A stretch of 64,000 nucleotides of DNA, taken from positions 3,534,001 to 3,598,000 of the forward strand of contig JBLDXI010000024.1 in NCBI GenBank assembly GCA_047495785.1, read 5' to 3'. The position numbers were made by a program, and so were the translations under genes. Position 1 is the first letter of the stretch; the number at the start of each line of letters is the position of its first letter. The stretch comes from Lepidodermella squamata. Lineage: Eukaryota; Animalia; Gastrotricha. The notes under the pieces were generated by a model. It was not told the origin of the DNA. It did no database searches and saw nothing but the letters and a program-made list of their open reading frames with translations. Of the stretch, positions 44,301 to 55,137 are shown in pieces.

Positions 44301-47300
44301 GACGTTTGTGTAAACCTCACAACAGCCTATCTAGCTTTGCCATCTCCTAATGACGCTAACATCCCGGTCACCGCGGCTAACATTCGTCATACCTGCCCTG
44401 TCAATACCCGACTAGTTTCAGACAAATTCGCCCGTACTCAAGACACGCAATGTATAGCGACAAATACCTGGTTCCCGGATCCTTTGTCGGATTGCGACGA
44501 TCAAGCTACACCGGTTCAATGCAATCCGACCTGCATGAATGGAGGCCAATGCATTTGCGACAGTTCTATCAACCAATGCTATTGCCAGTGTCAGCCGGAC
44601 TTCACAGGGCCTGAATGTATGATCAGTATCTCAAACTATCCGGTTGATAGTTCTGCAATAGCTTTCTGGCCGCTAACAGCTGATACGACTGTGCGAGACC
44701 CTGCGACCAAATGGACATCTGTCATTGCATTGGATTACTCGTTCGACAAACAACATTTGAGCGTGGGAGATGGGGCTGGGCTCACGTCTGGTGTATTCAC
44801 AAGTTCCGAGCAGAGTAACAATGCCTACAAATTCAGATCTTTAAGAAGCGATTCTTACCTTTGGCTCGAGAATGGAGATCTTAACTTGGGCGGTCGGTCT
44901 TGGGACGGCTCTGCCTGGGTTAATTGGAACAGCCCACCGAGCCCAATTTTGCCATTTGTTATTATGTTCTATGTCAACTACAACACGCAAGCCGGTGGCA
45001 ATCAGCCAGTGTTCAGTTTCGGAGAAGGTGGAACAGCACTGTGGATTGATCAAATAACAGGCCAGTTTCGCTATTACCCGGACAATGTTCTACTCCCTCA
45101 CACCGGGGCGAAGTTCAGCGTGAATATTTCAACTGTATGGATGCCGGTAACTATTGTTTACGATGACACTGGTAAGATGGGTGCAGCGGTGGGAGCAACC
45201 GTGGGGGCGCCTTCATCGATGGCGTCTGTTTCCATCTACGCCAATGGAACGAATAAATTCTACCTTGGCTACTCAGATTTCCCAACTCCCACGTTTTCGG
45301 ACCTTGGCATCGCCTGCTTCGCTATTTATCAAAATGTCACCTATTCGACAAATCTGGCTTATAAGCATGGCAAGGCATGTGCTCAATTCGAAAAAGCGGC
45401 TTGCGCTAATCCTGCATCGGATTCCAAAGCTATCAAACCTTCGACAACAGCTTTGGCTGGGCAGAGCTATACTTACACTTGCCGAGGATCTGGTTTGGCA
45501 TTCCAGCCTTCGATTAGTTACCAGGAAACTATAAGCTGCTCGGTTTTCTCGAGTAGTATGGTTCCGACTTTAAGCTGGACTACTAAGTCTAACAACTGCA
45601 ATAGTAAGTGATAAAACCCTTCCAAAATTTAGCGTCTGATATGGTATTCTTTCTATTAGCTTATACCGCAGCTTGTTCACCACCGTGTCAAAACGGCGGT
45701 ACTTGTAACAAAACTGGAGCTTTCCCTGTTTGCCAATGCACCTCTGGATATCTCGGGGTGGATTGCTCTATTCGTAAGCTTTTCCCTGTGTTTTCTTCAT
45801 CTTATAGCGGTAATTCGCTTATATTTCAGCTGCGGAGATATTCACCTGCCAGAGCTATTTGCAGGGCTATTGGCCGATGCTTGCGACCCAAGCTACTAAC
45901 AACGGCTATTTGATTGACCTGTTCAACTCTTCCCAGAGCATCGTGACTAGTACTAGCGGCCTTAATGCACGCTATGACTCGCCATTTTACCCAAATGGCT
46001 CGGCTATCATTGCTCTGACCGGAAATGTATTCGGTGCTGCTTATGTGGACAAACCTAAATGGCCTCAAGCCGGCAGTTTGAACCAGTCATTCGTAATTGC
46101 TGGATATGTTCGATTCGACCCCAGAGCCACAGCGACGACTTTGTACCCATTAATATCATTCAACGATGGAACGGGGACCGGCAATTCACCGACAATCTTC
46201 GTGGCTAAAACTGGGCGCGTCGTGATGCAATACATAGCGAATAATGTGATGACTTCCGTCGAGTTCTGGGCACCTAGTGTAATTGGCGTTGGTACCCCCA
46301 AGTCCTTCCTAATTATCCAGTTTAATAAAACGAGCGGAAATATCACTGCTGGGACGTTGCATTTCCAGACCATGGAATACTTAGTTGGCACGCCTGTCTC
46401 CGTTTGGCCGATTGCTGACACAGTGTCTGTGAATGGGAGGATGTACATTGGAACAGTAGTTATGAACCCAGTGCCCACTGGCTATGCGCAACTATTCAGT
46501 GGCGAAATCGCTTGCCTTTCCATCCACAACCACACTCTGCCAGAACAACAGACGCAACAGCTTTTGCTGGCCTGTGACTACTTACTGGGTGGTCCTAGGC
46601 TACCGACTGCTCTGCAGATATGTTTCGTCCTGCCACAGTGTGAGTACTTGCCATATGTGACAAGGGCAACGAGGGTGAGCGAGTACTACGCTCCGAAGGT
46701 AATTGGTGAGGTGGTTGCCGAGGGGAGCTATACTAACTCAACTCAATTAACCTTCCTGTGTGACTATGGTACTGCTTACAACAACTCGCCTATCATCGAG
46801 CAATTGGTATATTGTAGCTGGGGCAAGTGGATCAAGCCCTACAACGAGTGCTCACGTAATATTTCGTCATAGGTATATTTTAATATGAAATAAAAAATTT
46901 TGATTGCAGCGTATTCGTGGCAAAACATGATAACCGACATAAAGTTTTTTGATTCCTTTTCGGATATCGCCTTCTTCTACTACGTTAACAATGCGAGTGC
47001 GGTAATTTCTCAGGCAGGAATTGCGATCCCAGCGATAGCTGACCAACAAAAGCTCAACAACTCGGTGGTAAACTAAAAAGTACTTGGATTCAATCTGATT
47101 CATTCATCTTTCTTTTTAGTTCTCCGCTGTTTCAACGATCAGCAGTCTTTATTCCAAACTCATACGAATCAATCAGAATTTAACCGTTGAAACTCTGATG
47201 GATGCAACAAGAGGTATGCTATTAGTTTAATATCGCAAGTGTTACCATATTTATAATATCTCAGCCTATTCATCTGCAATGGGAAGAATCATCTTTTCAC

Positions 47301-50300
47301 TCACAAATTACACGTTGAGAGATCTCGGATTGACATCATTAACTGCTTATGACAATCTCTGGATTTGCGAAGAAACCATTACTCTCGAGCCTATTCCCCC
47401 ACCTTTGGTCACTCAACAACAAATACAATGGCTGTATGACAGTTTCTTGAATCTGGTGAACGATATGACGCGTCTTGTCACCAACAAATTACCCGTTGGT
47501 GGAACGTTTAGACAAGACGAGTTGTTTTACTCGGTCTCCATTTCGAAAATGTTATTGCCGCAGCTCTCAGCCAAGAGAATCTACACGAATTATGCGAACG
47601 TATACTTCCCTGGCATGCGAGAGAATGGTTACTTCACTCATCTATTGGCTGACGAATTCTACCCAAATACCACCTTAAATGTCAACTCAGTCATCACTGT
47701 TGTGGTTAGTTATTAATAGGCCGTATAGTTTTGGATAATGCTCTCATTTCATCCCAGGTGTACTCGTTTCTGAACAACATTCTCAGTCCGCAACAGCCAT
47801 TTAACTACTTGACCGTGTCCGTGAATGTGTATCAGGGATCGAAAAAGCTGACGTTAAATCCTGATAAACCTATTACCATCGTCAGTCGAGCTTACCAACC
47901 AAAAGCCAAACAATTCGGTCAACAGAAAGCCTTGGCCCAATGTAATGTGAACAAAATAAAGTGCAAGGTGAACGAAAATTCAGACCGGCTCGGTACTTTG
48001 GTTGTTTTTCCTCTAATATTTGGCGCCGGGTCTTACATGCTCGTGATTCCTAACCAAGACATGGGCTACTGGGCATTCATTCACTTCAACACAAACCCGT
48101 CAACAAGTAACTACATTTGGAAGCTTACGGTGACCAAGAAAGACGATGGTACGAAATCTGCCCAACTGGTTGGAGGGGGTGATGTCGAACGGCCGAAGCT
48201 ATACTTTGACGGATCAAGTGAAACTCGCCTTCTCATTCCGTTATCTGCGATCACTACATTCTCCGGACTTTCTCCAGCAATGCCTAAGGCTTCAGTTCAA
48301 GTATTATTCCGCCGTGATTACTCTGCCTACAGCAATGTGGATGATATGCCTGAAATTGCGTGCTCTTTCATCTATGCTTACGGGTATCATTTATCCATTA
48401 AGCCAACAGCAGACAGCTTATCAAACGGGAATCTAAGATATCGGCGTCAAGCGTCATTCGATTCGTCAGTTGTTGCCGATGCGAGTACTTCAGAAGACTC
48501 GGTAATTCTCACAACCTCGCGACTTGGCGATTTTGGCATTCAAATCACGATTCCACCCAGTCGGATCGCGTTTTCCGATGTTTTTGCCCAGTTTTCAAAG
48601 CTGGAGTCCAATAATATACCAGTCATCCTCTTCATAGCCGGAGCAATCTTCTTCCTCCTGATAGGCCTTGTTATTTTCTACTACCAAGACAAGAAAGATC
48701 TGAAGCGGTGGAGTTTCTATCCAGTCCAGAGCAACCTCTACTTCCAGAATTACAACTATCTGGTAACCATCTACTACAGCCGAGTCCGTCATCCGAAGCT
48801 CAGGCCCTTCGTATCAATCAGCCTGCTCGGTGATATTCAAGACACTACCCTTCGGGAACTGAAAAATGGCAGTCGGAGGAACTTCGAATCGGGGATGGCT
48901 GAAAACTTTATCGTTAACACATTCATCCCAGTAGGAAATGTCACAGGAATCGAACTGAAACTTGACAGCGAGATGCATAGCGCTTTCTTAGCCGAACTCT
49001 ACATTGATAAAATAGTCGTTGTCAACCCAGAGAGATTGACCAAACACATCTTCACCGTCGAAGAGAAGTTAGTGGTCGGTGAACCACCGCGTAGATTCAA
49101 AGAAACAATCGTTGATTTCGACAACCTTGGCGGTTTGGTCGCACAGCACATCAAAGCAGAGATTGCCGAAGATCATACTTGGTTTTCGATAGCGAAGAGA
49201 CCTTACGCAAGTTCATGGACTCGTTGCGAAAGATTGGGCTGCCTCATTGCTGGGATGTTCTTAGTTATGATGGCGGAGACACTCTTTTTTGGGAAAGGCT
49301 ATTCCGCTCCTCGATCTGGGCTGATCTTGACCAAGTACCTTCGAGTTTCATGGTACACTTGCTGGACCGTCGCGGCTTGCACAGCAGCCGTCATTATCCC
49401 GACTAGCCTGATTGCTTTTATTTTCCGAAACACTCCTCGCAAATCTGCTGAGAAGAACCATTCACTGACAATCTTCAACATGAAAGTCCGAATGAGTCGA
49501 AAAGCTGAAGATGGTAAGAACGATACGGCGAAGAGGCTGCCATTCTATGCTGTCTATTTCGGCTGGGCGTTGGTGGTTTTGTGCGTTCTGTCTTCGATTC
49601 TTTTCGTGATTCTCTACAGCTTGCAGTGGAGTTTGGAAAAATCGCTGCATTGGGCTAGTGGCATGGCAATTCACATAGTAATCGACATTATGGTCATCCA
49701 AATAGCGAAGGTAGTCAATTCCGCCGTCATTTTCGGAAAATGTTCATGGTTTATTTTACAGATTTTCGTAGTATCAGTGGTGTACGCTTTGTCTATGAGG
49801 TACCCTGAAGATGGTATCGATATGTTTATGCCCGCGCAATTCACAAGTACGTCGTTTTTATTTAAAAACAGCTTTTACGAGTCATCATCTGCAGAGAATG
49901 ACCATCGAGCTGAAATGTTCACCAAGTTCCGAAGCTACATCTTCGCGATGATTCATCACATCGTGTACCTGGCTTCATTCGTGCTCGTTTTGTTGATGAC
50001 ATGGAACAGCGAAGCATACCTGCAGCACCGATCGGTAGAGCAAGCCATCAACGTATCCGGGATAACCCCTTTCAAAGGCGTGATCGTCGATCAAGGGCAA
50101 ATTTTTGACTGGCTCCAGTTGCAGCTGATGCCTAGACTCCTGTCGACTCACCATTGGCGGCCTGGTTACTCCTACAAGTTCGTTCCGCGAAGTGCGAAAC
50201 AATTTTACGCTTTGCCCAATCAAGAGTTGGCCTACTTATCGCCTTTGCGCTTGAGGCAACATCGTGCCATGCCAGACACTTGCGCCCTACAGCGAGCTCT

Positions 50301-52134
50301 CATACCAAGCGTAGTCAACAGATACGGAACTTTAATGAACACGCTTGAAACCATGAAATGCCGGTATCCGTTCAGAGATTGGAAAGGCGTGGTGACGTCA
50401 ACAGAGCGGCGCTTTTTTGACATGTCCTGGTTCGACCCGATTAACAACCCTCAAGATCCAAGCACAAACGTTGATAGTTCTAGCTTGACTGCGAACTACT
50501 CTTGCTGGTACTATCGGGATTCATCTGATTCAGTGTACGAAGGCTGGGTGGCCACGTACCAACCAGGAGGTTACTATACTGACCTCCTGATCGATTCAAT
50601 TAAGTATGATCCTCTGAAGGAGCTGGGCAAACTGAGAGCCGCAAGATGGCTTGACGAATTTACAGCCGTCTTTTTCGTTGATTTCACTATGCTTTTCCCT
50701 CAATCTGGCACTTTCTTACCGGTGAAAGTCGTTTTCGAAGCTACTGAGACTGGGGGATTTGTTTACCATTCTCGAATCCACCCGATCAATATGTATCAAT
50801 ACAGAAGTGATGGCTCAGCTTTAGTCATTATCATCCAGGGCGCTTGGGCTCTGTTGGTCCTAACTCAAGTCATCAAACTGATTCACAAACTCTTCATTCA
50901 GCGAACTAAATTCTTCAGAGATGGCTGGAATTGGTTTGACCTTGCTCACATTGCCGTTGCTTTTGGGGCAGTTGGCATGTGCGTGATACGTCTGTTCACT
51001 ATGAACGCGATAATTGCGCGTGTGACGGATAACATCGATGAAAATTTCATCTCCTGGGATCGCCTCGTCACAATTGACTCCATTCTGACAGACCTATTTG
51101 GGACAGCATTCTTTATGGCTATCATCCTTTTCTTCCCTGTTGCAAAGACCGTCTCCTCTTGGTCGACGGTTCTTGAAACTTTAGGCCACGCTAAATGGAT
51201 GCTGACGTACTTCGCCGTTATTTTCGCAATTCTTACCACCATGTTTGCATCAGTCGGGCTGGCAATCTTTGGCGATAAGTTTGATTCATTCAGTACGATG
51301 GCTCGGTCATATCTTACCATGGTTCGCGCGTTCCCAAGGGTTAGCTCAAAGCTACTGGGAAATGACTCGCCTCGAGATACGCGATTACCCATGTTTTATT
51401 GCATGGTCTTCGCCGCCGGAACATTCTACATTGTCTACAATTTGTTCAGACCTGTTCTTGTCCTGGCCTACTATAAAGTTTCGGCTTCGATGGGAACAGG
51501 ACCTGTTGGATTTTTCGGCAGGAAGAAGTCCAAGAAGCAGTTGCCACCTCCGCGGAGGAAAGCAAAGTGTCCAAATGCCAGATGTAAGTTGTTATAGCTG
51601 ATATATTTTATCTAATAGCTTCTTTTTCGTCTAGTTGAAAGAGCAATGAATCGCTTTGTATACTTCGCCAACAAAAAAGCTGTAGAGCTTGATGATTCAA
51701 GCCGAGACAAGAGTCTCTTGCACTGGTTTGCAGAGACAATTCGACATTGGCGAGCGTGGCGTCAAGCAGAGCGGCTTCTTGAAGTTGGTTGGGTGCCAAT
51801 TGGTGACGCTGCTAATCGAGCTCAGTCTCGTCAACGTACAAGGCTCAGCACTGCTTTGTCAACATCAGGAATCTCTTTGACATCGGAATCGCCCCCACCA
51901 TCAGCTGTTTCACGCCGGCCGTTAGATAACGACGAAAAAGAGCAGATGGATAAGTGGAAGCAGCACATTTTTGCTGAGGATGTCAGCCTACGGCCTCATT
52001 CAACGGCTATACGAGATGCGTACCTGCGAATCGAAAGCGTGCAACGCCAAAAGATCGTGAAGAGTGGTAGAGAGAAGACGACAACAGACGTTCACCATCT
52101 AAGCCCTCTTTCGGCTAGTGGTGATCATTCGTAA
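35340..52134 (+). CDS. Giant polycystin-1-like protein: signal peptide, 9 x (Sushi/CCP-EGF-LamG), Sushi, GAIN/GPS-like region, TM1, PLAT, TM2-5, TOP domain, 6-TM channel domain; about 5,000 aa (estimate)
   Basis: ORFs join in phase through short GT-AG introns, including the ectodomain-to-GAIN junction at about 46856-47758 and the last intron ending at 51634. Polycystin motifs: EDHTWFSI..RP..S.WTR.ERL.C, LYSLQW..EKS..W, PLRLRQHR...TC, Y.PGGY..DL, WLDEFT.VF.DF, FF.D.WNW.D. Confidence 0.85.
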
Positions 52135-52348
52135 CATAGTTATGAAAAATGAAGCTTGAATTTTCCCTGTGATGATGTGTGCTCGAATTTTTCAACGACC
52201 ATGCAGTTTTTGCGTGACAGCTTTCTGACAAGCATCGCTTTGAAACCGCGTGAAAAATAAACCAACTTTACTAAATAAAAAATAATGTTATCAAATCGCT
52301 GCAGAGTTAAAATTTAAAAAATGTTCATGTTATGAATGTTTATAAATC

Positions 52349-54581
52349 TTAAAACAATTTCTTCCCATCGAAGCGCAGGTAGAAAACATTAATGAAACCA
52401 AAGGCAAATAATGCGAGTATTAAGGCGGCGATATCGATGATTCTGATAATTCCGATACGCTTGCGACAAAATCGCTTTCCCGTAGAGTCTGCCGTAACAA
52501 ACACGCTGCACGTTAGCCAAAGGGTGACTAGTTGGTAAATGCAACAGGTCGTAGAAAGAAAAACCATCGCCTTCACATACTGACCTAACAGACATTCAAA
52601 GGGCCTTTTCGGGAGCTCTGAGATGACCTGGCCTTGTGCGACGGCTAAAGCTAGAAGCAGTGTTACCGTAAAGACAGGTCGGTCTCCTGAAGATGGGGGC
52701 ATAAGTAGGACAGCTATGTTCAAGAACCCAATAAAAGCAGTGGGCAAAACGTAATTCTGAATGTAGTAAGCTGGGTTGCGCTGAACTTCTAGCTGAAAGC
52801 TGACTGTAGCAACGTTGTACCCTCCGTACCGCTCCTCGCCGAACAATTGCTTTTGCGAGACGATACTCCATTCCGTTCCATCAGCAGCTAAATCATCGAC
52901 TATAAACAATTTCATATCGCGTTTGAAGTCAATCAGATTCAAAGCTCGCTGCAGAGCGAAATCGAAGCTGCAGGTCTGCCTGTCGAAAGGGAAATCATTC
53001 AGATTAAGCTGGCAATCTGCTCTATATTCGCCTTCTTGCGTCCAATAGAACTTGAAAGTTCGATTCTGCCCTGTTGTTGGTACAGTAGTAATCACTATAT
53101 CATTTCCTATTAGCATGCCTTTCATATTGATGTCAGAGTCGGCTCCTGAGATGAAACGAAGATGTGGCAGCCATATTTTCGAACTATCCGCGGTACCAAT
53201 TTGCTCTTCCTTTGTGTATACAGGTAGCTGAGGGAACTGATCTATTGGGCAAGTTGTGACTTGCCAAGTTTGAAAAAGCATCCCATTTACAGAAATCTGT
53301 TCGTCAACAGTTGAAATCGACTGAAGAGCTAGCAGGCGGAACGCAATGATGATAGGGTCAAAATTAGCTGGCGGAGCTGCCTTCTCTGAGCTGAAATCGT
53401 CACAAAAGTTGAGAATGGTCGATGAGGTCTCTTTGTATGATGAAGACTGGTTTCCTAGAAAAGGCACGAAATGCTTCCCATTCATTTTGTAAGGCTCCGC
53501 CTTATAGTTGGAAACTGGAGCAGGCATTGGTCTTGAGGTGGAAATCAATGAAAAAGCTATTTCATTCAAAGTGCGTAACCTACTTCGTCTGAGGCTGCTC
53601 GGTTGCAGCTTCGGTGGAAGTAGCTGCCTCTGTCTCCGCGGTGGAATCGGTTTTGATTGGTGGTAATTTTGTAGCAGTAGCTACGGTTGCAGCATCGGTG
53701 GAAGTGGCTGTCTCTGGGGTGGAATCTGTTTTGATTGTTGGTAAGTTTGTAGAAGTAGCTACCGAACGGCTTGTAGAGGGCTTGACAGTTGACGTGGCCG
53801 CTTCAAGAGGGTCACCGCCGCATGCGTTCGGTAGTGAAGCGATTTCATCGATTGTCAAAACTGTTGACCAGTACATGACACAACTCAGCTCGTCCTTCTT
53901 GGGCTGCATGCCAGAAAAGCCATTGTCGTGGTCCCAAAAGCCGAAATCAACCGGCGAAGTTGTCCCTGCCCTAGCAATTTTCACCTTCGTGCTTGAAAAC
54001 TTGGCCAAGCCGCCGGATGTTGCTGTCTGGCCGTGGGTGACTAATTCCTGAGTTGTAGCGTTGTAAGTAATAGCCACGAACATCCATCCATCGATATCAC
54101 GGCCTTGATAAGGCGCAAGATTGATTGCAGACGTTGCGTACTTACTGACCGAGTAAAACCGCATAACTAACGACCCCATTTGGCAAATCACAGCAAAATT
54201 TTCATCCTGAGCCACGAGCTCGTGCCCGTCGATGAAATCGCAAGGCGATGCGAAGTAGAAAGCTAGAGTGAATGTCACGCTGTTAGGGACGTAGAAATAG
54301 TAAGCTAGGTAAGTTCGGCTCTGAGAGACCGTGAACGATCCTATACCAAACGGGCCTGACGTCGCGTTCAATACGCCAACACCGGCATAAGTCGGGTCGA
54401 AGCTTTTACCTTTAGAGTCATACCGATCTTTCCCGGATTTCGCGGTCAAAGGCCAAAATCCGTTCAAGCTAGACAGTTGGGGTAGCTGACTGAAACCTGG
54501 TGCCAACGTAGTAGTTGCAGCTGCTGTTACGCCTGCTTGAATAAGGCTCAGAAACGCCAAAGTTAATACTTCTAATACCAT
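52349..54581 (-). CDS. Orphan Cys-loop (pentameric) ligand-gated ion channel subunit with N-terminal LamG/pentraxin-like domain and Thr-rich stalk; exons 54581-53584 and 53531-52349
   Basis: A 52-nt GT-AG intron at 53583-53532 joins ORF 53580..54581 to ORF 52349..53569 in phase. Cys-loop CQLNLNDFPFDRQTC, IWLP, R.P.YY...LP in M1, GDR..FTVTLLLA in M2, four TM segments. Confidence 0.85.
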
Positions 54582-55137
54582 CTTTTTATCAAATCTGATC
54601 TCTGCCCGAGTTTCAAGCTTTGGAAATACGCAACAGGAAATTTGAAATGTGCTGACTTTTGATCTCCTGTGAGCTGTTCAAATTGGCAAAACATTTAATA
54701 AAAATTAATCCAGGGTTTTTTAATTTAGAGGTCTATTCTGGAGTGATGTTTACACGCGTCGTCAAGCCGAGTGATTTCTGCGATCGTTCGCGAATAAAAA
54801 TTGATCACATCGAAACTTATATAGCTCATAAATATTGCGAGGTAAAATCGATGGGCGTGTTTAACCTTGCGTTGCACATTGCCAATGGCTGCGGCGGCTT
54901 CGAACCGAACAGCCTATCGATTTGTGGATGAGAATAAAGACGCAAATGAATTAGCAATGCAAAGCGTAAAGAAAAGAATAAGAGCTTTCAAGCATATAGA
55001 ACGATACCAACTAGTCCGATCATCTGAAAGAGTGTAACTTACACTTCGAATGCCAAAAGATATACTCAAATTAAAGCTGGGAATCCTTTCTTAAATCTAG
55101 AACCATTGGTTGATAATAAGGTGCGACTAAATCAGTC

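Noticed and set aside
53580-54581. Treating this ORF as a stand-alone secreted LamG-mucin gene
   Set aside because: Its stop codon lies inside a GTAGGT donor, the downstream channel ORF has no signal peptide of its own, and the splice is in phase. A retained-intron secreted isoform remains possible.
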